Assembly (NCBI GenBank): GCA_964502375.1
Contig: CAZCWN010000001.1
Coordinates: forward strand, 16,278 to 80,277
DNA from: an uncultured Rhizobium sp.
GTDB taxonomy: Bacteria; Pseudomonadota; Alphaproteobacteria; Rickettsiales; UBA1997
Direction of reading: 5' to 3'
Length of the DNA stretch: 64,000 nt
Shown here: in pieces, positions 48,509-60,379 of the stretch
Layout of the letters: every line of letters begins with the position of its first letter
Position numbering within the stretch: the stretch's first letter is position 1
Notes under the pieces: model-generated
What the model was told of the DNA's origin: nothing
Database searches by the model: none
What the model saw: the letters and a program-made list of their open reading frames with translations, nothing else
Translations under genes and position numbers: made by a program

Positions 48509-50062
48509 TTATTCGAAGAAAACTCTTCTATTTGGATCAAATTTTTCCTGTATATCGCGATCAACTTTATGAGCAGGGCTGCCGCTATTAACAATAGTGG
48601 CCTTAATAAAAATTACTGTCTCAACGATATCCGATTGTTTGGAAACAGATTTAAACAACCAGCCTAAAACCGGAATTCTGCTCACCAGCGGAATACCACT
48701 GTCACTATTGGCGCCTGTCTCTTTCATCAATCCGCCAATAACTATTACATTACCGCTTTGAATTTTAGCGATAGTGCTAAGCTGCCTGGTTTGTATAATT
48801 GGTACAATATTTTTTAACTCTTCTATAACATTGCCATCCTGATCGCGAGGGCTTGCTGGGTCAACAACTTCACCGCTTTTTACTGTTAGTTTTGGTTTAA
48901 TATTCATGATGATTTCATTAGTTCTAACATTAACCGATGGCATAATTTCAAGCTCAACACCGGTATTCTCCTCCAATTTTGTGGAGGTGACGGTAGAGAC
49001 TTGAGATGTAGAAGTGCCAGTAGCAGTGCTAGAGGTGCTATCCACTTTGAAATAAACCAATTTATCGACAAACTCGAGCGTAGCCTTCTGGTTATTTATA
49101 GCATGGATGCGTGGGCTGGATATAGCTTTAGCCAAGCCAAATTTTTCTAGAGCGCTTATTGATGAACTTAAATCAGAATTAAACCATTCTCCGGTAACAA
49201 TACCAATAGCAGTGCCGCCAGGGGCCGGAGCAGAGTAGCCATTTATAGCTGTAATAGTGGTGTTATTGCCAACTTTAGTCCAGTCTATACCGGTTTTGTA
49301 AGTATCACTTAGGGTAACTTCCACAACTTTTGCCTCAATTAAAACCTGGGCTGAAGCATATTTCTCAACATCTTTCAAGTAACCAGTTATAGCATTGTGC
49401 TGCTTTTCTGTAGCAAAAACGGCTATGATTCCTGCTGATTTATTCAAGAAAGCTGAAGATTTTGAAACTTCATCCCTTTGCTCAGAATCAAGGATGGCCT
49501 TTATATTATTTTCAACATCGGCCCATAGTGTGCCGTCTGTTAAGTAATCGACAAAATAATTTTTCATGTAAGGGGTGTCGCGTTCAAAATGCAAAACACC
49601 ATTTCTGTAGGAATAGCGCAAATTGCCTAAGTTGGATATGCGATCAATAACTTCTTTAAATGGGCGATTTTTAGCATTTAAAATTATACCTCCTGAAATG
49701 CTGGGATCGATATCAATATCAATTCTAGCGACACGCCCAAGCTCAATCAAAACATCTTTCAAAAGCACATCTTCAGTAACTGAAAAAGAAATAATTTTTT
49801 CTCCTCCGATAACTGGTGGTGGCGGGGTTATTATTAATTTTGAAACAGTCGGGATAGGCGCTTCCACTTGAACTTTGTCTGACTTTTCAGCCTTTTTTGA
49901 CTTAGCTCCTTTTGGATTTTTTAGAAGAGCGCTCTCAATTTCTGACCTTCCTAACCCAGTTTCGCGATCAACAGGGTCAACCTTGCCACGCACGCAAGAA
50001 AAAAGGGCGAATAATAGCGAAAGGCACAAAAAGATCTTTGTTGCTGCGCGCGGTTTAAACAC
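48509..50062 (-). CDS. lipoprotein secretin (MshL/PilN-like secretin family outer-membrane channel)
   Basis: I chose the GTG at 50062 because it gives the lipoprotein signal MFKPRAATKIFLCLSLLFALFS|C. One N-domain (V.L.DVL.EL......I..DP...G...L) is followed by the secretin core (VLIEAKVVEV...SSPRI...N.KA......GGLM.......GIP....IPVLG.LF......ET.IFI.A.IV). Confidence 0.85.
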   Translation of the reverse strand: MFKPRAATKIFLCLSLLFALFSCVRGKVDPVDRETGLGRSEIESALLKNPKGAKSKKAEKSDKVQVEAPIPTVSKLIITPPPPVIGGEKIISFSVTEDVLLKDVLIELGRVARIDIDIDPSISGGIILNAKNRPFKEVIDRISNLGNLRYSYRNGVLHFERDTPYMKNYFVDYLTDGTLWADVENNIKAILDSEQRDEVSKSSAFLNKSAGIIAVFATEKQHNAITGYLKDVEKYASAQVLIEAKVVEVTLSDTYKTGIDWTKVGNNTTITAINGYSAPAPGGTAIGIVTGEWFNSDLSSSISALEKFGLAKAISSPRIHAINNQKATLEFVDKLVYFKVDSTSSTATGTSTSQVSTVTSTKLEENTGVELEIMPSVNVRTNEIIMNIKPKLTVKSGEVVDPASPRDQDGNVIEELKNIVPIIQTRQLSTIAKIQSGNVIVIGGLMKETGANSDSGIPLVSRIPVLGWLFKSVSKQSDIVETVIFIKATIVNSGSPAHKVDRDIQEKFDPNRRVFFE

Positions 50063-50230
50063 TTGATTTCTTGATGGAGTTAGAGGGTGGTTGGAAAAAT
50101 GAATTTCGGGCAAACTATTTTTAAGAAGTTTTTTAGCAATTGATTTTGCTTATGAGGCCGTTCATAATTTTTTTGATTCCAAATTTTGACATCTTTCGCA
50201 AAAGGTGCGTCTTTAAACTTCCATAAAAAC

Positions 50231-51529
50231 ATGCTCAAAGAACAAGATAAAATCTTCACCAATCTTTATGGCTATAAACCGGCTGATTTAGCTGCTGCAA
50301 AGCAAAGAGGCGATTGGAACGAAACCAAAAAATTTCTTGATAACGGCTCGGAATGGTTGATTCAGCAAATTAAAGATTCTGGACTGCGCGGCCGCGGTGG
50401 CGCTGGCTTCCCCACAGGAACAAAATGGTCATTTGTACCAAAAAAATCTGATCCAAAAGAAGGAAAACCTCATTATCTGGTTATTAATGCTGACGAATCA
50501 GAACCAGGAACCTGTAAGGACCGCGATATTTTACGTAACGAACCTCACAAACTTCTTGAAGGTTGTTTACTTGCTGCGCGCGCTATTAATGCCAACACCT
50601 GCTACATCTATATTCGCGGCGAATATTATAACGAAGCAGTCGCCCTACAACGCGCAATTGATGAAGCCTATGAAGCAAAATTGATTGGTAAAAATGCCTG
50701 TAATAGCGGCTGGGATTTAGACATTTTCATCCATCGCGGCGCAGGTGCCTATATTTGCGGTGAAGAAACAGCTTTACTTGAAAGCCTTCAGGGCAATAAA
50801 GGCCAACCACGCTTAAAACCTCCCTTTCCTGCGCTTATTGGGCTTTACGGTTGCCCAACCGTAATCAATAATGTCGAATCAATTGCTGTGGTGCCTGAAA
50901 TTCTGCGCCGTGGTCCTGCTTGGTTCGCTGGCATTGGTCGCGAAAAAAATGTTGGAACGAAAATTTTCTGCATTTCCGGCCATGTTAATAAACCCTGCAA
51001 TGTGGAAGAAGAAATGGGAATTCCGTTACGCGAATTAATTGAGAAGCATGCAGGCGGCGTACGCGGCGGTTGGGATAACCTACTTGCTGTAATTCCTGGC
51101 GGCTCTTCAGTGCCATTGATTACCAAAGAAGTCTGCGATGATATTTTAATGGATTTTGATAGCTTACGTGCAGTTGGCTCTGGCCTTGGCACCGCAGGGG
51201 TTATCGTCATGGATAAATCAACCGACATAATTGCTGCCATCGCGCGCCTTTCACATTTCTACAAACATGAATCTTGTGGCCAATGCACCCCCTGCCGCGA
51301 GGGCACAGGTTGGTTAATGCGCATTATGGATCGCATGATTGAAGGCAATGCTGAAGTTAGCGAAATTGACCAACTCTATGATTTAACCAAACAAATTGAA
51401 GGCCACACCATTTGCGCCCTTGGCGACGCTGCTTCTTGGCCAGTTCAGGGCTTGATCAAAAATTTCCGTGGAGAAATGGAAAAAAGGATTGAGAAGAATA
51501 AATCACGAGCAACATTTGTGGAAGAATAG
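50231..51529 (+). CDS. nuoF: NADH-quinone oxidoreductase subunit F
   Basis: I chose the ATG at 50231 ([14 protein letters not shown]). [15 protein letters not shown], the FMN/NADH site, and the 4Fe-4S motif [12 protein letters not shown]...C. Confidence 0.97.
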   Translation: MLKEQDKIFTNLYGYKPADLAAAKQRGDWNETKKFLDNGSEWLIQQIKDSGLRGRGGAGFPTGTKWSFVPKKSDPKEGKPHYLVINADESEPGTCKDRDILRNEPHKLLEGCLLAARAINANTCYIYIRGEYYNEAVALQRAIDEAYEAKLIGKNACNSGWDLDIFIHRGAGAYICGEETALLESLQGNKGQPRLKPPFPALIGLYGCPTVINNVESIAVVPEILRRGPAWFAGIGREKNVGTKIFCISGHVNKPCNVEEEMGIPLRELIEKHAGGVRGGWDNLLAVIPGGSSVPLITKEVCDDILMDFDSLRAVGSGLGTAGVIVMDKSTDIIAAIARLSHFYKHESCGQCTPCREGTGWLMRIMDRMIEGNAEVSEIDQLYDLTKQIEGHTICALGDAASWPVQGLIKNFRGEMEKRIEKNKSRATFVEE

Positions 51530-51652
51530 CCCCTTGCACCCTAGAGCATCAAGCCTTCTATCAACAAGCAAAACTAATTTATTAGTAATAGTATAATATG
51601 GAAATTCACCACACGCTCCACATTAAATACTGTTTCTAAACATTGCGATCTT

Positions 51653-52846
51653 ATGAAAACCGTTGCTCTAATAACCGCCTGCGGGCGAGGAAATCGCTTT
51701 AACAATGGCGAAGGCATACCAAAACAATACTTGCCTCTAGCTGGCATGCCGCTTCTGCGCCATTCAATCTTGGCTTTTTTAAATCACCCAAAAATTGATG
51801 ATGTTATTTGCATAATTTATCCAGATGATGTTGAGCTTTACGAAGAAGCAGCCACTGGCCTGGATTTACTAAATCCGGTTTTTGGCGGCGAAACCAGGCA
51901 GGCCTCAATTCGCATGGGGCTGGAAGCGTTACGCGAATATAATCCAGATAAAGTATTGATTCATGATGGCGTGCGCCCTTTTGTTTCCAGGCGCATCATC
52001 AATGGCATTCTAGAAAAAATGGAAACCCATCCGGCGGTGATTCCAGCAATTGCCGTGGATGATACACTAAAAAAATATTCAGACGGTAAAATTGAATGGA
52101 CGCTGGAAAGAGAAAATTTATGGCGCGCTCAAACTCCACAAGGCTTTATTTATAGGGATATTCTTGATTCACACACTGCCTTCAAAGATTTGAATTTTAC
52201 GGATGACGCTTCGCTTAATGAATATGCCGGAATCCCGGTTGCCATTGTCCCAGGCTCGCAAAATAATTTCAAAATTACCACTGAAGAAGATTACGAGCGC
52301 GCCAAGCGCATGGCTTCGATACTAATTAAAAATACTAAAGAAGAAATTCGCTGCGGCATTGGTTTTGACGTGCATGGCTTTCGGCCTAAAAAAGTTGGCG
52401 AAACTAATTCAATCCGCCTGTGCGGAATTGAGATTGAATTCGATAAAAAAATTGATGCCCATTCTGATGGGGACGTAGCTATTCATGCTTTAATTGACGC
52501 ACTTCTAGGCTCAATTTCCGAGGGCGATATTGGTGATCATTTCCCCCCTACCGATCCAAAATGGAAAAATTGTGATTCGCGGGAAATGTTAAAAGCAGTT
52601 AATCATTTGCTGAAGAAAAGAGATGCTACAATTCTCAACTTAGATATAACTTTAATTTGTGAAAAACCAAAAATTTCCAAATTTAAAGATCGCATGAAAG
52701 AAGAGCTGGCACAAGTTTTGAATATAAAAGAACAGCGCATAAATATTAAGGCCACCACCACTGAAAAGCTGGGGTTTTTAGGGCGTCAAGAAGGCCTTGC
52801 CGCTCAAGCTGTGGTTTCAATTCGGCTAACAATTACTGAAGAGTAA
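51653..52846 (+). CDS. ispDF: bifunctional IspD/IspF (MEP cytidylyltransferase / MEcPP synthase)
   Basis: The N-terminal half has AAG.G.R and IHD..RP. The C-terminal half has GIGFDVH and SDGDV..HA..DA.LG motifs. Confidence 0.95.
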   Translation: MKTVALITACGRGNRFNNGEGIPKQYLPLAGMPLLRHSILAFLNHPKIDDVICIIYPDDVELYEEAATGLDLLNPVFGGETRQASIRMGLEALREYNPDKVLIHDGVRPFVSRRIINGILEKMETHPAVIPAIAVDDTLKKYSDGKIEWTLERENLWRAQTPQGFIYRDILDSHTAFKDLNFTDDASLNEYAGIPVAIVPGSQNNFKITTEEDYERAKRMASILIKNTKEEIRCGIGFDVHGFRPKKVGETNSIRLCGIEIEFDKKIDAHSDGDVAIHALIDALLGSISEGDIGDHFPPTDPKWKNCDSREMLKAVNHLLKKRDATILNLDITLICEKPKISKFKDRMKEELAQVLNIKEQRINIKATTTEKLGFLGRQEGLAAQAVVSIRLTITEE

Positions 52847-52855
52847 ACTAGCAGC

Positions 52856-53647
52856 TCAATCTCCTTTCGTCACCACTTCTTCTGCCTTCTTTTGAATAAA
52901 ATTCATTCTTATCTCGATCTCTTTTTTTATTATCTCCATTTCTGGCGCATTAGCCTTGCGATCCACATAAACTGGAGCTTCATCGAAATAAAAACACAAC
53001 TTTGCGAAAGGCAAAGGAATAAGGAATTGGTCCCAGGTTTTTAGTTTTTTATAGCGTGAAATAGAATAAGAAATCGGCAAAATTCCTGCCCCAGAAATGC
53101 GGGCAATATTAATTATTTCACCGTTAATTTTTTGGTTTGGCCCGCGCGGCCCATCAGGTGTGATGCCAAGAGAATAGCCCATTTTTAGCCCCTCAAGAAT
53201 TTTACGCATGTTGGCAAAATCAATTCCGCGCGAAGCTTTTCGGCCGCCTTTTGAGGACCCCAAAATCGAAATCAGATTAAATTTTTCCATCACTCGCCCA
53301 ACAAAGCGCCCATCCCCATGCCTAGAGGCAAGCGTCATGAAGTTATAGCTTTTATAAAGTTTTTTTGGCTTGAGGGTAATAAAGGGAATCATCATCAAGC
53401 GGTTATGCCAAAAACTCAAAACCAAAGGGCGCTTATATTTGGCAGCCGCAATAAGAACTTCCTGATTAATAAAAATTTTTTTACTGGTTAAAAAAACCAG
53501 CCTCATATAAAGAGTGATGATTAAGCAGATGAGCTCTTGAAATAGGCGGCTGTAGGTTATTTTACGCAGTAACTGCTTGAACTTAGTTTTGACATCATAC
53601 CATTCAATATTGGTTTGAATGCCAAAAATTTTCCACTTTTTAGACAC
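52856..53647 (-). CDS. lysophospholipid acyltransferase-family protein (DUF374)
   Basis: 263 aa with FWHNR...... and S...DG.......GGR blocks and ITPDGPRGP, typical of DUF374. Confidence 0.7.
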   Translation of the reverse strand: MSKKWKIFGIQTNIEWYDVKTKFKQLLRKITYSRLFQELICLIITLYMRLVFLTSKKIFINQEVLIAAAKYKRPLVLSFWHNRLMMIPFITLKPKKLYKSYNFMTLASRHGDGRFVGRVMEKFNLISILGSSKGGRKASRGIDFANMRKILEGLKMGYSLGITPDGPRGPNQKINGEIINIARISGAGILPISYSISRYKKLKTWDQFLIPLPFAKLCFYFDEAPVYVDRKANAPEMEIIKKEIEIRMNFIQKKAEEVVTKGD

Positions 53648-53653
53648 TGTTAA

Positions 53654-54307
53654 TTAAATTTTCTGTCCACTAGAGGCCCAATCTTTGACGAAAACGTCTA
53701 TGCCCTTGTCAGTCAAAGGATGCGAAGCTAATTGTTTAAGAATTTTTCCAGGAATTGTGGCAACATGCGCACCGAATTTTGCGGCCAGCACCACATGAAT
53801 TGGGCTACGCACCGAAGCAGTTAAAACCTCGGTTTTGAAATTAGGATAATTAGCATAAATCGTACAAATTTCTTCTATCAAAGCCAAGCCGTCCTGGCCT
53901 ACATCATCAAGCCGGCCAACAAATGGCGACACAAAAGTTGCTCCAGCTTTTGCCGCTAAAATTGCCTGAGCGGCAGAAAAACAAAGCGTCACATTGGTTT
54001 GAATGCCTTTGTCTGAGAAATATTTACAAGTCTTTAATCCATCCATAGTCAAAGGCAATTTTATGCAAACATTTTTAGCAATTTTGCTTAAGATTTCTCC
54101 TTCGCAAACCATGCCGGCGAAATCTGTTGCTGCCACTTCAGCGCTGACTGGCCCTGAAACCACTTCACAAATTTCAGCAATAACAGTTTTAAAATCGCGC
54201 CCAAATTTGGCGATTAAACTTGGGTTAGTTGTTACACCATCAAGAAAACCATAAGCGGCGATTTCCTTAATTTCGACAACGTCTGCAGAATCGATAAAAA
54301 ATTTCAT
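53654..54307 (-). CDS. tal: transaldolase / fructose-6-phosphate aldolase (short TalC/FsaA type)
   Basis: MKFF.DSA....I......[10 protein letters not shown], the catalytic K in IKLP, and SPFVGR.DD. Confidence 0.9.
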   Translation of the reverse strand: MKFFIDSADVVEIKEIAAYGFLDGVTTNPSLIAKFGRDFKTVIAEICEVVSGPVSAEVAATDFAGMVCEGEILSKIAKNVCIKLPLTMDGLKTCKYFSDKGIQTNVTLCFSAAQAILAAKAGATFVSPFVGRLDDVGQDGLALIEEICTIYANYPNFKTEVLTASVRSPIHVVLAAKFGAHVATIPGKILKQLASHPLTDKGIDVFVKDWASSGQKI

Positions 54308-54397
54308 AGAGGTAATTTTGTTTGAATCTTTGGGGAAAAAATTGTCCGATGAGGAAATGCAAAACGTAGTTTAAAAAATCTCTTTATCAAGCAACTC

Positions 54398-56416
54398 ATG
54401 TCAAATTTTTTCGCTCAAATTCTGCTGCCATTGGCACTTGATGAGCCCTTTGCTTATTTATGCGAAGAAAATGTTGAAGCTGGCGATGTGGTCTTAGTTG
54501 AATTTCGCAAAAAAAAAATTTGGGGTGTAGTGGTAGAAACCTCAGAACTTATTACGCAAAACAAGAACGGAAGTGAAATTTTTTACGCACGGAATAAAGA
54601 AATTTCTTTAGCGAAAACCAAAAAAATCATCGAAAAAAATCCACGTCTAAAATTTTCGCAAAACCAATTAAAATTTATCGAAACGATTGCCTCTTACAAC
54701 CTTGCCAGCCGTGGCCTCGTTCTTAGGGCATTCATTGGCATTCTTAATGCAGATAAAACAAAAAAATCGCCAATAGCAGAAAAACAAGAAATAAATAAAA
54801 ATGATTTTCATTTAAAAAAACTTTCAGAAAAGCAGCAAAAAATTCTTGATGAATTATGGCATAAATATCAGCAAAACCCAACTTTGGTGGCGCTTATTGA
54901 TGGAGTTACTGGCTCAGGAAAAACGGAAATTTATTTTGCATTAATTGCCAAAATTTTTGCAAAACAACCTACCGCCCAAATTTTAATTCTGCTTCCAGAG
55001 ATTGCCCTTACCAGCCAGCTATTATCAAGGTTTGAAGAGCAATTTGGTTTTCGCCCTGCCCTTTGGCATTCAAAAATTTCTTTGAAAAAAAAGCGGGAAA
55101 TTTTCTATGGCATTGTTGAGGGGTCGGTTAAAATCTTGATCGGCGCGCGCTCAGCCCTGCTTTTACCTTTCAAAAATTTACAATTAATTGTGGTGGATGA
55201 AGAGCATGATGCCTCATTTAAACAAGAAGATGTTTTCAATTTTCATGCTCGCGACATGGCTATTGTTAAAGGGCAAATAGAAAATTTCCCCGTCATTTTA
55301 TCTTCTGCCACCCCCGCCCTTGAAACCTATGCCAATGCAGTTTCCGGCAAATACCATCATTTTATCCTTGAGCAAAAATTTGGCCAAGAAAACCAAATTG
55401 AACTTATTGATTTACGCCAAGAAAAAATGTTATCTGGCCAATTTTTATCACAAAAATTACGAACCGAAATTGCTAAAAATTTAGCCAGTCAAAAACAAAT
55501 TCTGCTTTTCTTAAATCGTCGCGGATATGCGCCTGTAACGCTTTGCAAGACATGTGGAAAAAAATATGGATGTAGCAACTGCGATTTTCATTTAGTGCTC
55601 CATAAGGCAAAGAAAAAGTTGATTTGCCACTATTGTGGGCATGAAGAAATTGTTCATCACAAATGTAAATTCTGCGCCGAAAAAGATTCGCTGGTCTCGC
55701 TTGGCGCGGGCGTAGAGAAAATTGAAGAAGAAGTAAAAAATATTTTTCCCGACGCTAAAACGGCGCTTATTACCAGCGATGAAATAACAAATTTTTCTGA
55801 AGCTGATAGGCTGGTTAAAAAAGTTATTAACAACGAAATCGATATTATTATTGGCACCCAAATGATCGCTAAAGGGCATGATTTTCCTAATTTGGCGCTG
55901 GTTGGAGTGGTGGATGCGGATGCTGGCCTTTATTCTTCCGAATTAAGAGCTTTAGAAAGAGCTTACCAAATGTTAACGCAAGTAATTGGAAGGGCTGGGC
56001 GGCGTGGCGATGTGAAAGGAAAGGTAATAATTCAAACTTACAATCCGCAAAATTTGGTTTTTGAAAAAATTATCAAAAATGACAAAAAAGAATTTTATGA
56101 ATTTGAAATAAAGAATCGCCAGAATCTGGATCTACCCCCATTTTCAAGGATGGCGCGCTTTGAGGTAAGTGCTTTTGCAGAGAATGACGCTAAAAATTTT
56201 GCCAAAAAATTAATCCAGAATTTTCCCTTCAGTGATAAAATTGAGCTATTTGGCCCTGCTCCTGCGGGCTTACAACGCTTGAAAAATCGACATCATTTTT
56301 TCGTTAATTTAAAGGCAGCAAAAAAAGTTAATCTGCAGAAATTAATCTCTGATGTTATGGCAGATCTTGAAATTCCTGGGGCGGTGCGTGTTAGGATTGA
56401 TGTTGATCCAACCTAA
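54398..56416 (+). CDS. priA: primosomal replication restart helicase PriA
   Basis: 672 aa with Walker A GVTGSGKTE, DEEHD, the Cys-rich Zn region (C..CG....C..C...L..H......L.CHYCG) and IGTQM.AKGHDFP. Confidence 0.95.
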   Translation: MSNFFAQILLPLALDEPFAYLCEENVEAGDVVLVEFRKKKIWGVVVETSELITQNKNGSEIFYARNKEISLAKTKKIIEKNPRLKFSQNQLKFIETIASYNLASRGLVLRAFIGILNADKTKKSPIAEKQEINKNDFHLKKLSEKQQKILDELWHKYQQNPTLVALIDGVTGSGKTEIYFALIAKIFAKQPTAQILILLPEIALTSQLLSRFEEQFGFRPALWHSKISLKKKREIFYGIVEGSVKILIGARSALLLPFKNLQLIVVDEEHDASFKQEDVFNFHARDMAIVKGQIENFPVILSSATPALETYANAVSGKYHHFILEQKFGQENQIELIDLRQEKMLSGQFLSQKLRTEIAKNLASQKQILLFLNRRGYAPVTLCKTCGKKYGCSNCDFHLVLHKAKKKLICHYCGHEEIVHHKCKFCAEKDSLVSLGAGVEKIEEEVKNIFPDAKTALITSDEITNFSEADRLVKKVINNEIDIIIGTQMIAKGHDFPNLALVGVVDADAGLYSSELRALERAYQMLTQVIGRAGRRGDVKGKVIIQTYNPQNLVFEKIIKNDKKEFYEFEIKNRQNLDLPPFSRMARFEVSAFAENDAKNFAKKLIQNFPFSDKIELFGPAPAGLQRLKNRHHFFVNLKAAKKVNLQKLISDVMADLEIPGAVRVRIDVDPT

Positions 56417-56438
56417 ATTTTTATTATTTAAGCGCTAT

Positions 56439-58031
<1,593 letters not shown>

Positions 58032-58033
58032 TC

Positions 58034-58450
58034 ATGCCTTCCTTAATTGAAAAGTTGTGCGAAGAAAAAAACATCAGATTAACCGAAAACCGAAGAATCA
58101 TTGCCCGCGTCATCTCGGAAAGCAGCGATCACCCGGATGTTGAAGAGGTTTTTCGTCGCGCTTCCAAAATCAATCCAAAAATTGGCATCGCCACTGTTTA
58201 TCGCGCTGTAAAAATGTTTGAAGAGGTAGGCGTAATTGCCAAACATGACTTCGGCGGCAGAGGCCGGGCGCGCTATGAAACCCTTGAAGGTGAGGAACAT
58301 CATGACCATCTGGTTGATATTACCACTGACGAAGTCCACGAATTTTTTAATGAAGAGCTAGAAAAACTAAAACATAAAATCGCCCGTGATCATGGGTTTG
58401 AGCTGGTCGGGCACCGGTTAGAACTTTATTGTCGTCCATTGAAAAAATGA
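58034..58450 (+). CDS. Fur-family metalloregulator (Cys-poor, Mur/Irr-like)
   Basis: 138 aa with a winged helix (R.T..R..I........H.....V.........I..ATVYR....) and the HHDH metal-site motif. It lacks the CxxC pairs of classical Fur/Zur. Confidence 0.85.
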   Translation: MPSLIEKLCEEKNIRLTENRRIIARVISESSDHPDVEEVFRRASKINPKIGIATVYRAVKMFEEVGVIAKHDFGGRGRARYETLEGEEHHDHLVDITTDEVHEFFNEELEKLKHKIARDHGFELVGHRLELYCRPLKK

Positions 58451-59292
58451 AAGAAGAAGCACAATTTCTAAAGGGGATATTCGCTGGGCAGCTAAGTTTT
58501 GAGGGAATTGATGATATAGACAAATTTATAAAATTTTTTTGCGACCTTTATCGAATCGAGCTTTTTAAAGACGGCCTCGATTTAATTTTAACCAAAGTTA
58601 AACAAAAACACCTTCGCTTCGAAATCAAGATTATCAAGGGTTGGGATACGAATGAAGGCTGTTTTACCTCTCAACCCAAAAGTTTTTACGATCAAACTTT
58701 AGGAAAATTTATACCAAAATCCGAGCTAAAAATCACTTTGCGCCGAATGTCTTACAATGTTCTGGCTCATGAGATGGCGCATGCTTTCGCCTTTGAAAGC
58801 GGAATTAATTTAGGAGAAGATTTTCGCAAGGCCGTAGGTTTTGATATGAAAGACCGCCAACCACAAATTATCACCCTTAGAGCAGAAACAAAAAGGTTGA
58901 TGGTGGATGCTTTAAAATCTTATAAAGCCGAAAAATTTCTCTCAGAACTTTTTGCCCGTTATTTCGAATTACTCAGCCTCTCGCGCGATGTCTGTGCTGC
59001 CGGTGATTTTGCCACTTCTGATGTCATGGGGTTTTTTGAAAATACCACGAATTTCATCACCAAAATTTTTAACCCAAAAATTAAAGCAAAAATTGATTCA
59101 GAAGTTGTTAGCGTTACCAGTGAGATAGCTAGGCAGGTCAAGCTTTCAGCGCCTGAGCAAAAATTCCAAGAGAAGGTGGAATCATTTCATAAAAAAGCTG
59201 CAAACTCATGGTCAAAAAATGTTAAATCCAATGCGCAGTGGCAATTAGGCTGGAAAAAATATCAAGAGTTAGAAGAGGAGAAGAAAAAATAG
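58447..59292 (+). CDS. hypothetical protein with HExxH motif (putative zinc metallopeptidase)
   Basis: Its ATG overlaps the fur-family stop as ATGA. It contains LAHEMAHAFAFESG. The rest is helical with a Lys/Glu-rich tail. No family recognised. Confidence 0.45.
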   Translation: MKEEAQFLKGIFAGQLSFEGIDDIDKFIKFFCDLYRIELFKDGLDLILTKVKQKHLRFEIKIIKGWDTNEGCFTSQPKSFYDQTLGKFIPKSELKITLRRMSYNVLAHEMAHAFAFESGINLGEDFRKAVGFDMKDRQPQIITLRAETKRLMVDALKSYKAEKFLSELFARYFELLSLSRDVCAAGDFATSDVMGFFENTTNFITKIFNPKIKAKIDSEVVSVTSEIARQVKLSAPEQKFQEKVESFHKKAANSWSKNVKSNAQWQLGWKKYQELEEEKKK

Positions 59293-59413
59293 AGGCTGTT
59301 AGCCAATTATTTTTCTGAATTTTTTTAGCGCTTTTTTTGCAAAACTTTTCCCAATATCTTTAATCCGGCTTCAAAATTTTAAAAAGAAGCATAAAAAATA
59401 ATTAGCCAACATT

Positions 59414-60379
59414 ATGGCCGTCTATACAAGGCTGACAAGGCCTGAACTTGAACAGCATCTCCAAAATTATTCCTTAGGAAAATTAATAAATTTCAAAGAA
59501 ATTGTTGAAGGAATTGATAATTCAAATTTCATTCTCGAGACCGAAAAAGGGAAATTTATTCTAACGATTTTTGAATCAAGAATTGCAAAAGATGAGCTGC
59601 CTTTTTTTATTAATTTAAAATTACATTTGGCAAAAAGAGGAATTTGCTGTCCACGTCCGATCCTTGATAGTCAAGGCTTAGCAGTATGTGATCTAAAAAA
59701 AAAGAAATCAGCGATTGTTACTTTTCTAAGCGGAAAAATTCTACCAAGCCAAGGTGACGGCTATTACAATAATATAACTAAAAAGCATTGTTTTGAGGTT
59801 GGAAAAATATTGGCCAAATTGCATTTAGCGGCCACCGATTTCACAATGTTCCGTAAAAATGATTTAGGTGTGAAAGGCTTTAGACCTTTATTTTCAAAGT
59901 TCGAACCGTTGATTGAAAATTATCAAAAAAATCTTACCGCGGAGATTTTGCAAAATATAAATTTTTTGGAAGAGCAATGGAGATTTGATTTGCCTAGCTC
60001 AGCAGTGCATATTGATTTATTTCCTGATAATGTTTTTTTTGATGAAAAACAAGAAGTCAGCGGCGTAATCGATTTTTATTTCGCAGCCAATGATACCTTA
60101 ATTTATGATTTTGCTATCTGCATAAATGCTTGGTGCTTTGATGAAAAAAATAATTTTTCTGAAGAAAAATTTTCTGAAATGTTGCGCGGCTATGAAGAGA
60201 TAAAAAAGTTCGATGATAAAGAGAAAAATTTCTTAAAAATTGCTTTAGTTGGGGCAGCTATGCGCTTTCTACTAACGAGGCTTCACGACATGTTTTTCAC
60301 ACCGGAAGGCCCATTAGTAAAGATAAAAAATCCGCAAGAATATTTAGCAAAATTACGTTTCTTTAGGGCAAGAATATGA
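59414..60379 (+). CDS. thrB: homoserine kinase, type II (APH-fold ThrB)
   Basis: MAVYT.L....L...L..Y.LG.L.....I..G..NSNF......G.FILT.FE, the catalytic HIDLF.DNV and GVIDF. Confidence 0.85.
   Translation: MAVYTRLTRPELEQHLQNYSLGKLINFKEIVEGIDNSNFILETEKGKFILTIFESRIAKDELPFFINLKLHLAKRGICCPRPILDSQGLAVCDLKKKKSAIVTFLSGKILPSQGDGYYNNITKKHCFEVGKILAKLHLAATDFTMFRKNDLGVKGFRPLFSKFEPLIENYQKNLTAEILQNINFLEEQWRFDLPSSAVHIDLFPDNVFFDEKQEVSGVIDFYFAANDTLIYDFAICINAWCFDEKNNFSEEKFSEMLRGYEEIKKFDDKEKNFLKIALVGAAMRFLLTRLHDMFFTPEGPLVKIKNPQEYLAKLRFFRARI

Noticed and set aside
50063-50113. Track start (TTG at 50113) for the secretin
   Set aside because: The TTG start adds 17 polar residues ahead of the signal peptide. The GTG at 50062 yields a canonical lipoprotein signal (MFKPRAATKIFLCLSLLFALFS|C). 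The same logic was used to trim the track starts at 6640, 21740, 38139, 41576, 43002, 44315, 50186, 57980 and 58429.
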